In this document: positions 1 to 11,300 of the stretch, in pieces | Layout of the letters: each line of letters begins with the position of its first letter | How positions within the stretch are numbered: the stretch's first letter is position 1 | Source: a virus | Reading direction: 5' to 3' (one strand) | Length of the DNA stretch: 64,000 bases | Virus record (IMG/VR): IMGVR_UViG_3300003890_000025 | Coordinates: 1 to 64,000 of that record | Notes under the pieces: model-generated | The model's database searches: none | What the model was told of the DNA's origin: nothing | Seen by the model: only the letters and a program-made list of their open reading frames with translations | Program-made: the position numbers and the translations under genes

Positions 1-624
1 TTAGATCCAGAAGCACTTATATTAAGAAAAGACTCCATATCTCGTAGAGAACGAGAGGTATTAAACTTTATACAAATTAAGAAAATTACTAAAGGAGAAA
101 CTACCATATCTCAAGACATGGTATATGACCTTTATTGTCAATGGACTAGTAAACCATTGACTTTACGTAAATTTACAACAGAGTTTAAAAAGTATTTTAA
201 GGCGAGACGTAGAAGTGGTTTTTTATTCTACAGATTAGAGCCCTGGCCATTTGGAGTAGATCAATCATTTTCTATATTTACTGATCCTTGGGCAGATAGA
301 AGAAGGACTATAAAACAAAGAGATAATCAATATATAGGAGTTTATTTTAGATCTGATAATAAAATAGTAGCTAGAATAAAAACTAAGTACGGGTATAAAA
401 TGTTAGGAGTATACCCTACTCTTAGATCAGCAGCACTAGCATACGATAACGCAGCAATACAAGAGTATGGCAGAGAGGCTATACTTAATTTTCCGAAGAG
501 ATTCGGATTGGAGAATTATTATGACAAGGAAGAAGATCAAGAATCCCAAACTACCATATCAAAAGGAGAAATATCCGGCTCTGAACTTCAAAAGACAGGT
601 AAAGAATCGACAGGAGTATCTTGA
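1..624 (+). CDS. DNA-binding protein, 5'-truncated: winged-helix-like segment plus AP2 domain
   Basis: Frame is open from base 1. YIGVY...ARI...LGVY..L..AALAYDNAA...YG..A.LNFP is the AP2 signature. Confidence 0.75.
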   Translation, partial: LDPEALILRKDSISRREREVLNFIQIKKITKGETTISQDMVYDLYCQWTSKPLTLRKFTTEFKKYFKARRRSGFLFYRLEPWPFGVDQSFSIFTDPWADRRRTIKQRDNQYIGVYFRSDNKIVARIKTKYGYKMLGVYPTLRSAALAYDNAAIQEYGREAILNFPKRFGLENYYDKEEDQESQTTISKGEISGSELQKTGKESTGVS

Positions 625-952
625 TATAGACTATTTGGATAAGTTAGGTCCTAAAGAAAAAGAGTTCTTAAATAGTTTTTTATCAGAAACTGTTATAACT
701 AACTTTGAGCATAAAGGTAAGAAGCTTTATAAATCCAAGAAAAAGAAGAGAGAAATGTACTCAGAAAATAATGCTAGAAATAGGTGTATGCTGTCTAAGG
801 CTAAAGCTACTGGACTATTATTAAAAACTACGGACGCTTCTGCTTTAGCCGCAGCTATAGATGAACAGGTAAATACCTCTATTAACCATACAGAAGAAGC
901 TATGATTGATATCCTAGATTACGTTCGTAATAACGATGATTTAGAGGATTAG
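521..952 (+). CDS. hypothetical phage protein
   Basis: ORF track gives 467..952; the ATG at 521 has a GGAG RBS. Confidence 0.65.
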   Translation: MTRKKIKNPKLPYQKEKYPALNFKRQVKNRQEYLDIDYLDKLGPKEKEFLNSFLSETVITNFEHKGKKLYKSKKKKREMYSENNARNRCMLSKAKATGLLLKTTDASALAAAIDEQVNTSINHTEEAMIDILDYVRNNDDLED

Positions 953-1260
953 TTCAAAGCTTGTATTATCTTTATAGCCGTTAGTACAAAAGCAGCTATG
1001 CCACCTAAACTTATAGCTATTTTTAATATAATATTAACGAATAATACATGTCTTTCTAAAGGAGTAATTCTTTCTAAAATAGATAGTGTTATTTTTTCTA
1101 ATTCTAATCTAAAGTATTCCTGTCTTTTTTCTAATAATATACTACGTTTGTGATGAAGGTCTAATATCAGATTATTCTTTTCCATATTCTTGTCTAAGGA
1201 ATGAATAGCCGTTACTAGCTCATCTATTTTTTTAGATAATTCTATATAATCTTCTGACAT
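949..1260 (-). CDS. coiled-coil protein with C-terminal TM helix (XhlA/holin-like)
   Basis: Heptad pattern then IILKIAISLGGIAAFVLTAI; last gene of the late block. Confidence 0.5.
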   Translation of the reverse strand: MSEDYIELSKKIDELVTAIHSLDKNMEKNNLILDLHHKRSILLEKRQEYFRLELEKITLSILERITPLERHVLFVNIILKIAISLGGIAAFVLTAIKIIQALN

Positions 1261-1263
1261 GTA

Positions 1264-3681
1264 TTATTCCTCAGACACTTCATTCCCCAAATCTCCAGAT
1301 AACTCATCAATAGTATCTTGTGCTTGTTTACGTAAAATTGGGTCTTGAGTTATTAGGAATAAGGCAGCGTTTCGTCCTATTCTGTCTTTACCTAAAGATT
1401 GCGTTAATAAATTACTTAGACCCTTTCTACCTTTAGCCAGAGCAAAATTAGCCATATCTTCAATTACTACTGGGTCAGCTACGCCTATTTTTCCTATTAC
1501 TTGAGCCGTATTCTTAACTACGTCTTTTGATTGCTCTGCTAAAGACTTAACAAACTTACCTGCTAATCCACCTGACTGAATAGCTGCTCTTTTAATGAGA
1601 GAAGGAGTTACACCGTACCTAGATAGAGCCACATCTTCAGTAGCTTGTCCTGTTAGTTCTGCGGCCTCAGCCGCCTCTCTAATTTTTGGTAAAAGTTTTC
1701 TAGTTTTTTCTGGACTAGCCCTAGACATTGCTCCTAATAATTCCGGAAATTTTCTACGAGTAGGGTCAACAATTCTAGCCTCAGCTGATATTATTCCTTC
1801 TTCTATTTCAGGAAATCTCCTAGCTCCCATTCCTGGTCCTGGAGCTGGAGTAGCACTTTCTAAATATTTACTAATTAACTTTTTAGTTTCTGCTAAATCC
1901 TTAGACCCAGATATTACTTCTTCTTGTAAGGACTTGGCAGCCGTCGGGTCTATATCAGATAATGTTTTAAATAAGCTATCTAGCTCAGCTTTTTCAGCTA
2001 CAGACAATTGACCAGACGATTTTTCTAGCTGTCTTAATAGTTTAGAAGTAGGCTCTAATCCTCTTCTACCTTCTTCCAAAGCCAATCCCTCTGCTTCTAT
2101 AGCCTTAGAATACTTATCCTTAGCCTGTTTAAATAATTTAAGCTCTTCACTACCTTCTGGTAATTGTTCTTCTATTCTATCTACTATTTGCCTATAGGCT
2201 TTTCTAGTTATACCAGTTAGTTCTTTTTCTGGTTGTGTTCTACCGTATGCCTCTCTAGCTAGGTACCTTTTTGCTTCTATGGCCTCTTCTGGAGATATAG
2301 CCTCCTTAATAGTAGGAGTAAATTTTATTTGTCCTTTTTCTGTAATCTCTCTACCTAACTCTAATCCTTCGTCAGAGTATTTACGAACTATATCAACTCC
2401 TGCTGGCTTTTTTTCTCCTACACGTAATAATCGTTCTAGCTCTTCTTTAGTACCCTCTTTTCTACCTATTTTTACTTTAAATCCAGCTGGTAGTAATTCT
2501 GTAGCTTCTTCCCCAGAGTCTGCTAATCTTTTAAGTTTTTCAGTAGTAGCTATGTTAATAGGCTTTTGTGCTGGAATTTCTTTAAGTTTTGTTAGTTCCT
2601 CTATAATATCCTCAGCCTTACGCTTAGCGTCACCGCCAAACCTAGCTTTTTTAATTTGATCTATTGTATCATCTATAATATCTTTAACTACTATAGGATT
2701 ACCTTCATTAACTAGTTTTTCTACAGTAGACCCTATCTGCTGCCCGTACTTACTTTTAGTAGATTTAATAAGATCTGTTATATCTTCTCCTACCTTTAGG
2801 ACTCTCTCTTGTTGCTGAGGTAGTAGTTTTTTAGATAAACCTTCTTCTAATAAGTCAGCTATTTCCTTTTCTGTTGATTTAATTTGAGATAAAGTTTCTG
2901 TTAAGTCTTCTACTCCAGGTATTAATCCAGTTTTACGTGCTCTTTTAAAAGCTTTAGTAGGTAGTTCTCCGATTACTGGTATTTTAGTTGCTAATGGTAA
3001 AGCATGGGCTAAGGTAGTTAGACCACCTCCAACTAAAGCACCCATTTCGGCTCCACTCTCTGCACCCTCTAACTTATCTCCTTCAGCCATACCAGCCCCA
3101 GCTACTCCTCCTATTAAGGCTGATTCAGACGTAGCAGCGCCTATTCTAGCTAATTTACCAGCGCCAGGGGCTACTCTAGATAATATAGAAGTAATAGGAG
3201 ATACAGCTACTCTACCAGGACCTGTTAATAATGGCGCAACAGTACCTATTCCAGTTCCTACTCCGTATGCAAGAGGGTGTTCTTCTTGTGCTCTGGCATA
3301 CGCCTCACGGACTTCTTGTAGTGCCTGTTCATAGGGAACTCCACCCTCAACTAAAGCCGCTATTTCATCAGCAAATCCTAAAGTAGAAGCCTGTAGGGCT
3401 CCTCTACTTACAGCCTCTAATGATCCAGAAATTTGTTTTGACATCTCTTTCCCTGGGTCAAATGTCGGTCGAAGATCTAATTCTATATCTCTTTTGATTG
3501 GTACAGTTCCAACTCCTTGTACCTCTATTGGTTCAGAGGGTAGTTCGGTTAAATTCTCTGGTACAAATTCAAGATCAGAATCTGCTTCTACTTTAGAAGG
3601 TAATTGGCCGCCTTCTATACTTAGATCTCCTTTTATAGGAGTAAAGCCTAGATCTTCTATTTGATTATCTAGTTTTGACAT
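1264..3681 (-). CDS. internal virion/ejection protein
   Basis: 805 aa helical protein; RGALQASTLGFADEI and Gly/Ala hydrophobic segments; position after the tail genes as in podoviruses. Confidence 0.6.
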   Translation of the reverse strand: MSKLDNQIEDLGFTPIKGDLSIEGGQLPSKVEADSDLEFVPENLTELPSEPIEVQGVGTVPIKRDIELDLRPTFDPGKEMSKQISGSLEAVSRGALQASTLGFADEIAALVEGGVPYEQALQEVREAYARAQEEHPLAYGVGTGIGTVAPLLTGPGRVAVSPITSILSRVAPGAGKLARIGAATSESALIGGVAGAGMAEGDKLEGAESGAEMGALVGGGLTTLAHALPLATKIPVIGELPTKAFKRARKTGLIPGVEDLTETLSQIKSTEKEIADLLEEGLSKKLLPQQQERVLKVGEDITDLIKSTKSKYGQQIGSTVEKLVNEGNPIVVKDIIDDTIDQIKKARFGGDAKRKAEDIIEELTKLKEIPAQKPINIATTEKLKRLADSGEEATELLPAGFKVKIGRKEGTKEELERLLRVGEKKPAGVDIVRKYSDEGLELGREITEKGQIKFTPTIKEAISPEEAIEAKRYLAREAYGRTQPEKELTGITRKAYRQIVDRIEEQLPEGSEELKLFKQAKDKYSKAIEAEGLALEEGRRGLEPTSKLLRQLEKSSGQLSVAEKAELDSLFKTLSDIDPTAAKSLQEEVISGSKDLAETKKLISKYLESATPAPGPGMGARRFPEIEEGIISAEARIVDPTRRKFPELLGAMSRASPEKTRKLLPKIREAAEAAELTGQATEDVALSRYGVTPSLIKRAAIQSGGLAGKFVKSLAEQSKDVVKNTAQVIGKIGVADPVVIEDMANFALAKGRKGLSNLLTQSLGKDRIGRNAALFLITQDPILRKQAQDTIDELSGDLGNEVSEE

Positions 3682-3682
3682 A

Positions 3683-5215
3683 TTATCTTACTAATTTATA
3701 TCCTTTTTCTAAAGCTTTTTCCAAATTGGCTTTAGGTATAGTGCCTCTTACTCCATCCTTCTCAACTAATACTCTATCTTCTTTAGCTAAAGTAGACGCT
3801 GTTTTATCTTTTATTTTATTACTAGTAGGTAATACTTTACCTAAAATAAATTGTTTAATAGCTGTTTCATTAGCTTGTGGTAGTTTTTGTCTTAGTGGTG
3901 CATAATACCTTTCTTCTATAGTCCTACGCTTATCTGCTATATTCTTATTAGCTACTTTAATAATTTTTGAGAAATTATCTCGTATGGTATCTGTCATACC
4001 GCCTTTAACTTTTGCGTGGGCATACTGAGCAATAGCAGATACAATCTTATCTGTACCACCGAACGCAGCTACGTCTTTATCAGTCATAACACCTTTTTCT
4101 TGACCTACGGTTCTAGCTAATTGTCTCTTAATAGACCCGACTGTACCGTCTATGTTTTCCTTTACAAACCTATCTAATCCCTTAATAGTCGATTCAAAAT
4201 CAATTATATCTTGAGATTCTTTTCTATATTCCTTACTAAGCTCATCTACAGACTTTCTTTGTTCTTTATTAAGATTTTCCCAAGTCATATTAGGTTGTTC
4301 TGGTTCTACTGGTTTATCAGTCATCTTCTTAGGAGACCCTACTGTTTCTGTAGTATCTCCTGTTCTCCTATTCTTTAAGTAAGTCTCTCCAGTTAAAGGG
4401 TCTCTAACTTGGAATAAATCTTTAGCGGCTTTAATTCCAGTGTCTATATATCTTCCCTTAGAAGGATCAAATACTGATAAATTACCATTCTCTAAAATCT
4501 TTCCTTGTTGGAACTTTTGAAGCGTCATTGCCACTATTGACTTAAGCATAGGTAGAACTTTTTCTAAGGACTTAGCTGTAGCTGTTTTTGGTATATCTAA
4601 ACCTAATTTAGAAGCAGTGTCTCTATATACTTGAGATACTACAGAGTCTTTATCCATCATGGCAGACTCGTCTTCTAATAGACCAGTTAAACCTATTTGT
4701 TCTTTAGTAGTATGTATCTCTGCTTCTTTAGCCTTACGTACTTTCTCAATATCTTCTACAGGAGCCATTGCCCTTTTTCGTAATTTATCGAAAACTCCTG
4801 AGCTAGATTTTGGTATAACCGTATCTCCAGCCATCCCTGCTATGCCAGATCCAACGTTTATCAATCCTTCCATCATATTATAACGATCTTCTTTTTCTCT
4901 AGCTTCTTTTAAGGCTTGTAGCATGTCTTCACTAGACAATCCTTTACCGTAGGCCTCAGAAAAATCTCTTAGTATTGGTATTCTACTAGGTTCTGAGGAT
5001 ATTACTGGAATTTTTTGTTCTAATGAATCTGATATTATTTCTTTTTCTTTAATCTTATCTAAATCGCTTTCAACTTTATTTTTTATATTATTAGGATCAT
5101 CTAAAGTCATTTCTTTTGGGGTAGGACTAGAAATAGTAGGGTTAGTATTAGCTGCTATAAATCGTGATAATGCATCAACTAACTCTTTATCTTTATTTTT
5201 ACTTATATTCGACAT
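3683..5215 (-). CDS. internal virion/ejection protein
   Basis: 510 aa helical protein; C-terminal GV.TDKD..AF motif; synteny. Confidence 0.5.
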   Translation of the reverse strand: MSNISKNKDKELVDALSRFIAANTNPTISSPTPKEMTLDDPNNIKNKVESDLDKIKEKEIISDSLEQKIPVISSEPSRIPILRDFSEAYGKGLSSEDMLQALKEAREKEDRYNMMEGLINVGSGIAGMAGDTVIPKSSSGVFDKLRKRAMAPVEDIEKVRKAKEAEIHTTKEQIGLTGLLEDESAMMDKDSVVSQVYRDTASKLGLDIPKTATAKSLEKVLPMLKSIVAMTLQKFQQGKILENGNLSVFDPSKGRYIDTGIKAAKDLFQVRDPLTGETYLKNRRTGDTTETVGSPKKMTDKPVEPEQPNMTWENLNKEQRKSVDELSKEYRKESQDIIDFESTIKGLDRFVKENIDGTVGSIKRQLARTVGQEKGVMTDKDVAAFGGTDKIVSAIAQYAHAKVKGGMTDTIRDNFSKIIKVANKNIADKRRTIEERYYAPLRQKLPQANETAIKQFILGKVLPTSNKIKDKTASTLAKEDRVLVEKDGVRGTIPKANLEKALEKGYKLVR

Positions 5216-5225
5216 CTTAGTCCTC

Positions 5226-6293
5226 TTAAACTATATACTTTATGCCTTTTATTTCTGGTATAGCTCCTTCGACACCTTGATCCTTTTTAAATAGTTTCTT
5301 TATACCTTCTATTGCTGGTATAGCTCCTTCGGCTATAGTACGTATATTCTCTCCATATCGGCGTTGAGCAGCACTAGCAGCGTCAGCCCTACCTAATTTA
5401 GCACCTGGTATAGCCTCTCTTTTCATATTAGTTTCCGTAGTATAATCTATTAAGTCCTGTCTGTCTAACATCTTTTGTAAGTTTCTAGCTTCTGCTTGCT
5501 TCTCAGCTAAATCTCTTTTATACTGTAGATTTTTTAACTGGGCTAGGTTCTTAGAAAATATATTTCTTTGTTGTACACCTTGTTGAGATTCTATATTAAA
5601 TCTCCTTATAGCATCTAAGGCTCTTGCAGCTTCGGCCTTGCGTCCATGTTCTTTTTCCTCCATACCACCAGCTAACTGACCTGACGATAAAGCAGCATCT
5701 AAAGCTCTTCTATGTATTTGAGCAGCTAAGTTAGAACCTTCAGCAGCAGCTTGTTCTGCAGCAGCTTGTTCAGCTTGTAATTCTGCTGATAACTGAGCCC
5801 CAGAACCTAACATACCACGCTCTGCTGCTCTTGACAATACAGCCTCCCTACGTCCCTTAGCCTCAGTAGCAGCTCTGCGTTGTATTTCCCTTTGTACAGC
5901 TAAATCCTCTGGGGTAAGACCTTCTATTGAGGCTCTTTCTAATCTAGACAAAGCCTCTAATTGAGCTTGTCTTAATCTAGGATCAGTTGATATTTTAGCT
6001 AGCTCTGTCTGCTCTTGTAGCTCTAAAGCTTGTTCCAGTTCTGGAGTATACGCACCTATTTCTTTAATTATTTCTAATTGTATACGTCTTTCTTCTGGAG
6101 TTAAAACTTTTCTTTGTTCTATAGCCTGGACTAGTTCTTCCATGGCCTTTTCTTGACCAGACTTTCTACGAAATCCAAACAACGCTCCAAGGCCAGCACC
6201 TATAGCAGTCCCTAGTCCTGGAAGTATAGCTGAGCCTATAGCGGCCCCGCTAGATGCTCCACTTAAGCCTGAACCCCATTCATATTTTGCCAT
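5226..6293 (-). CDS. ejection/DNA-transfer protein
   Basis: N-terminal glycine zipper (GASSGAAIGSAILPGLGTAIGAGLG) then A/Q/E/R coiled coil with RGMLGSG. Confidence 0.6.
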   Translation of the reverse strand: MAKYEWGSGLSGASSGAAIGSAILPGLGTAIGAGLGALFGFRRKSGQEKAMEELVQAIEQRKVLTPEERRIQLEIIKEIGAYTPELEQALELQEQTELAKISTDPRLRQAQLEALSRLERASIEGLTPEDLAVQREIQRRAATEAKGRREAVLSRAAERGMLGSGAQLSAELQAEQAAAEQAAAEGSNLAAQIHRRALDAALSSGQLAGGMEEKEHGRKAEAARALDAIRRFNIESQQGVQQRNIFSKNLAQLKNLQYKRDLAEKQAEARNLQKMLDRQDLIDYTTETNMKREAIPGAKLGRADAASAAQRRYGENIRTIAEGAIPAIEGIKKLFKKDQGVEGAIPEIKGIKYIV

Positions 6294-6295
6294 TT

Positions 6296-7867
6296 TTATT
6301 TTGCTCCATACCTAGCTCTAACTTGAGATAGAGCTGTCTTTTTACGATCCGAGAATTCCTTAAATCCTTTTTCCATATCTGCTATTTTTTGATTAAGATG
6401 CTCAAGTTGTCCTACTCGCATATGGTCTTTCATTGAGCCATCAACTTTGCTATATTCTCTAGTAATTAAATCTCTTAAACGACCTCGTTCCCTTTCATCT
6501 TTAGTTTTTACTAATTTATCTCTATATTCCTTAATTTTATCATAATCTGGCATTTGTTCTTTAAGTATCTTAGCTTGTTTTCTGTATTTCTCTAATTCAG
6601 CCGATCGTGCCTGTTCCTCTGGACTATATTCTTCTACCACTCTCCTCATGTCTGATTCATATCGACCTCTATAGTCCTTCAATGCAGCAGTTGCTCCTTC
6701 GTCGAATCCACCACCCTTAACTCCTCCTTCAATAGGCTGAATTGTATCAGCTTTACCTAGTAATTTATTTAATTGATTAAATAAAGCAGCTTTTTTAGGA
6801 TCAAAAGCACCTAGTTCAGCTGTACCCGTTTTAAAACCCAATCCTAATCTATCTAATTCTTGCAGCGCTTTGCTAAAATCAAGTGTCCTAGGATCTCTGA
6901 AAGCTAAATTCTTATTGTCATCTAAAGCAATCATTCTAGGAGCAGCCATACCTCCAACAGGAGTTAATCCTAATGCTTGTAATGCTTCATTACTCAATAA
7001 TCCTCTTATTGTATCTATATCTTCAGAAGAACCTGTTCCACTTAAGACTCTTTTATATGCCTCTTCTTTAGCTTTTTCTTTATCTAAGAAGTCTTTTTGA
7101 GCCTTCTCTAATGTACTCTTAGCAATACCTACTTGTTCTTCGCCGGTCTTAAAAGCTTGTTCTCTGATACCCTTAGCCACGTCTGACTGTATTTGAGCTT
7201 CTATAGCAGCTCCCAAGCCTGCTTCCTGAGCCTCTCTTCCTACAGCCCTAGCCCTAGCTCTAACGTCGGCTAATTGCTTACCTCCAGTACCTAATAATAA
7301 TGAGTCCAAAGCAGCTTGTCCTGCGGTATAAGTAGGCCTACCGAATAGCTGCCTTAATAATTGTTCTCTACCTCCAGCAGTTTGACTCATGCCAGCTAAT
7401 CCACTTACTGCTTGAGATTGAGCTGCTAATTCTTGCTCTCCAGCTAACTGGCTAGGACCTCTATATTCAGTTTCTAGTCCACTTCTAACACTACTAATTA
7501 TATCCTCATCAGCCTTATCTGCTAAGTTTTGTAGAGCTTGTCTATTGGCTTCCATAGCTTGAGTAGCTGCTCCTACTTGTTGTCTAAAACCTGCTTTAGC
7601 TCCTTCTAATTTCTGTTGAGTTTCCTCTACTTGTGATCCTACTTGACCTGCTACTTTACCAGCTACGTTCTGTGCTCTATTAGCAGCCATATATTGTTGT
7701 ATATTAGTAAATCTACCAGATCTGGACTGAGTTCTTTGTGACGGACTAACTCCGCCTCCAATTAAACCAGGAGAAGGAGCAGAAGCTGGAATAGGTTGTT
7801 GTTGTCCAACTGCTTGATTTTTATTAGCTTCTCCCTCATCTTTATCGCGGTTTAAAAAAATTGACAT
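6296..7867 (-). CDS. internal virion protein
   Basis: Q/A/G-rich 523 aa ORF with GAGGTG RBS; synteny. Confidence 0.5.
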   Translation of the reverse strand: MSIFLNRDKDEGEANKNQAVGQQQPIPASAPSPGLIGGGVSPSQRTQSRSGRFTNIQQYMAANRAQNVAGKVAGQVGSQVEETQQKLEGAKAGFRQQVGAATQAMEANRQALQNLADKADEDIISSVRSGLETEYRGPSQLAGEQELAAQSQAVSGLAGMSQTAGGREQLLRQLFGRPTYTAGQAALDSLLLGTGGKQLADVRARARAVGREAQEAGLGAAIEAQIQSDVAKGIREQAFKTGEEQVGIAKSTLEKAQKDFLDKEKAKEEAYKRVLSGTGSSEDIDTIRGLLSNEALQALGLTPVGGMAAPRMIALDDNKNLAFRDPRTLDFSKALQELDRLGLGFKTGTAELGAFDPKKAALFNQLNKLLGKADTIQPIEGGVKGGGFDEGATAALKDYRGRYESDMRRVVEEYSPEEQARSAELEKYRKQAKILKEQMPDYDKIKEYRDKLVKTKDERERGRLRDLITREYSKVDGSMKDHMRVGQLEHLNQKIADMEKGFKEFSDRKKTALSQVRARYGAK

Positions 7868-7898
7868 GTCCTATACACCTCTATATAAAGTTGTTTAT

Positions 7899-8300
7899 CT
7901 AACTAAAGCAATATAAAGTTAATAAATAACGCTTTCCATTAGTTAATCCAGTTATATTGGTTATACGTACTTGTGATCCTGAGTTCTCAAAAGTTAAAAA
8001 AGGAGCACCAGATAAAACAGTATTATCTGTCTGATTATCTACATTTATACATATAATACCCCTACAAGGTCCATTTAATGTACTTTTAAATGATATGGGG
8101 TCAGATACTGTTGGTAATGATGAAACTTCTATAGTAATCTCTTGAGCAGCCATATTATCCCTAATTGTTAGGTTATTAGATAAAGCCAGGCCTACTGACT
8201 CCATAAATTGATTAAGGGGATATAATAACTTATCCATCAACCCTTGATATTCTCTAGGAAAATCTTCCCGTATAATACGTTTTATGGCTGCTATTTTCAT
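7899..8300 (-). CDS. virion tail-associated protein
   Basis: Coupled (TAATG) to the nozzle gene. Confidence 0.5.
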   Translation of the reverse strand: MKIAAIKRIIREDFPREYQGLMDKLLYPLNQFMESVGLALSNNLTIRDNMAAQEITIEVSSLPTVSDPISFKSTLNGPCRGIICINVDNQTDNTVLSGAPFLTFENSGSQVRITNITGLTNGKRYLLTLYCFS

Positions 8301-11300
8301 TATCTATTAATCCTATGGGATAAAGACTCTAATATTAAACTTAAAGCCTCTAGTTTCCAGTTTTCTCTAGCTACTTTATGTCTAAACTCACAATTTAATA
8401 AGCTGCACCGTTGTTTACCAGTAGGTATGTAGGTTCTTATGCCTCTCTGTGTTTGTTCTCCGCCCCAAGGTAAACTACCCCAAGGAAAAGAACCCCATAA
8501 ACCTAAACCAGGGCCAATTAAAGGTATCTCTTCTACTCCTGGCTGTAAATCTGAACTAAATGCTAATTTAGGAGTGGTAATCCTAGAGTCATTAAACCTA
8601 AGTATAGCTTCCCTAAAATGCTTTAATACTCCAGGACTACCTGCTGTCTCTGGTAGCCATTTTACTTGAATATCTATAGCTTTATATAACTTAATACTAC
8701 CTAACTCAAAATCATATATAGTCTCCACTGTCACTTCAGAAGCTAATAAATTTATAGCTGTTATTTTAGCTTCTACTGTAATAGTATAACTACCGTAATT
8801 ATTAGTATGTGTCTGATTCTGGACTAGTACGTCTCCTATACTAGCATTTGATATTGAATTTAACCTTACTGTCTTTTCTGAGGATAAGTATTGAATAACA
8901 GTTAAGTCGAATTCTCTGTCAGAGAAATCTGAACGCTTAAAGTCTTTACGCTCTATTTCAATATTATTAATATCTGCGGCTCCTAAATATAGCCTATCAT
9001 TACCTGTAGATACCACTCCAGCAGTTTTTGATATATTCCAATTAGTCCAACTGTTAGTTGTGGTATTATAACAATAAGCCTTTGGAGCCGATATATCATT
9101 TGGACTTTCTGGTAACCATAATAAATATTTTCTATCAGTGTCATAAAACACAGCAAAAGAAGTACTTTGAATATTGGGAAACTTAGTTATATTTAATATA
9201 TCGTCCTTTAATGGTTCTGATATAACACTTACTCCAGTATCTGATATAGTAGTCACTCCTTGATTGGTAAAACAAAATACTTGATTATTACCTACTACAG
9301 CCGTATCTGGAGCAACAATAGCTGTTGAATTATCAAAAGGTACGAGAGATAATGATTGAGGCGATTCTCCTGATATCCTAAACACTCCATCTGTCTTTAA
9401 TACAAATAAACTATCTCTAAGAGGTACTATTCTTTGTATCTCTTTCTCTCCGCTCCCTACATTAAAAAAGTTAATTTCTGGTACTGCTTCATGTAAGCCT
9501 AGTTTTGAGTAATAAACTCTATTTTTAACTGATTCATTATCTGACGTTTCTACTTCAGATTCCTTTTTCCAAGCTCCTTCAGTACCAGCTACTGTGACGC
9601 TAACTGGTACTGTAAAAGTGTTAGTACCAGTTACTGTTACTACTCTAGTACCATCTATTGTAGGAGTACTATTAGATCCTACTATAAATATCTTATCTCC
9701 AGTAACTAGTCCATGTGGATTAGTAGTTGTAACAGTAGTAGTTCCGCTTACGGATATGCTAGTTATTGGATTATTTTGTGGAGCTATATTAGGGTTAAAA
9801 TTAGTAGACCCCACTGTAAAGTCATTACACAGCACCTTAAAGGCTGGGTCATTAAGATCCCTAGACTCTAACACTATTTTACCAGGAGCATCTGTCGTCC
9901 CAGATATATATCTAGCATAAATATTAGTATTGTTAGCGTGTCTATTTATAACTCTAACCATGCTCCTAGCTGTATCATCTACGTTTTGTGATGGTAATCC
10001 TGTAGTAAATACTTGTATTTGTGCTAGAGATATATTCTCAGTACTAGAGAATGTGTAAGTAATATTACCTATTCTAATCTTCTTACCCGTTAAGTTATCA
10101 ATACCTACGATAGTTAAAAATAACCTTTGAACGGTTTTGGTATTAGCATAAAAAGCCATATTCTTAAATACAGCTATATCCTTTGCAAAAGGTGGAGGGT
10201 CGTTAGACTGAGCTATACCCTCCTGTCTTGGACTAGTATATAAGTCTTCTCCTTTAAAAGAATCAGGAGTACTATCTACTACTGTTATAAGCCCTGCCTT
10301 AAGTTCAGCAGTCGTAGGGTTCTTCTCAATAACTAGTTTCATATCATCACCAGGATCTACGTCAACATTGACTGATGCATTAGTTCTATATACTTGATAA
10401 AAATAGTTAGTAGTAATGCCTTGAGGTACGGTAAACGTTAATTCTACGTCTTTACCCTTTTCAGATTCTTCAAAATCCCCTGCTGTTAATGCAGATGCTG
10501 ATATCTTACCAACAGGCTCACTTATTAAGGTACTTATAATATCATCAAAAAAGTTCTGTTGATTTAAATAATCGCTAGGATTATTATTAATTGGATTAGG
10601 ATACTTTCTAGCTAAACCACTAGTCCAAGTACCAGTAGATCCAGCACTAGTAACTGCTACTGGTATTGTAAACGTATCTACTCCAGTCCTAGTTACTACA
10701 TATTCGCCATTAATACTAGGAGTACTGTTGGATCCAGTTATAACCACTATATCTCCAGTTGTAAGGCTATGACCTACGGAAGTTATAACCGTAGGACTTG
10801 CAACTGTATTATTGGTTATATTACCACTACGACCGTATCTAGCTGAACCTTCACTTACCCAAGACCCCGCAGTACCCGCGGTCGTAACTGCTACTGGTAC
10901 GCTAAAAGTATTCGCAGTTAGTCTGGTTATTACGTGCTTACCATTTATAGGAGGAGTACTATTAGATCCAGTTATACGTATAGTGTCACCTGTAGTTAAT
11001 CCGTGACCAGTAGACGTTACTACAGTAGGATTAGCAGCAGTATTAGCTGTTATAGTGCCACTGCCTCCGTTAGCAGTAAAAGTGTAATCTAAGTCTAACT
11101 CTATCTTGGAAGCTATTTCTTTTAGTTTAGAATTAATCTGTAATGCTGTAGCTGATAGAGGTAGTGCTGATATACTAGATACATAGTTAGTATCACTTAG
11201 ATCGTCTGTTGAGTCTGCTCCTGCTGCAGTATCTAGTTTAGATCTTAGACTATTAATTTGAGGTATTAAAAGTTCTTGAATTGATAGTGATATAACAGCC

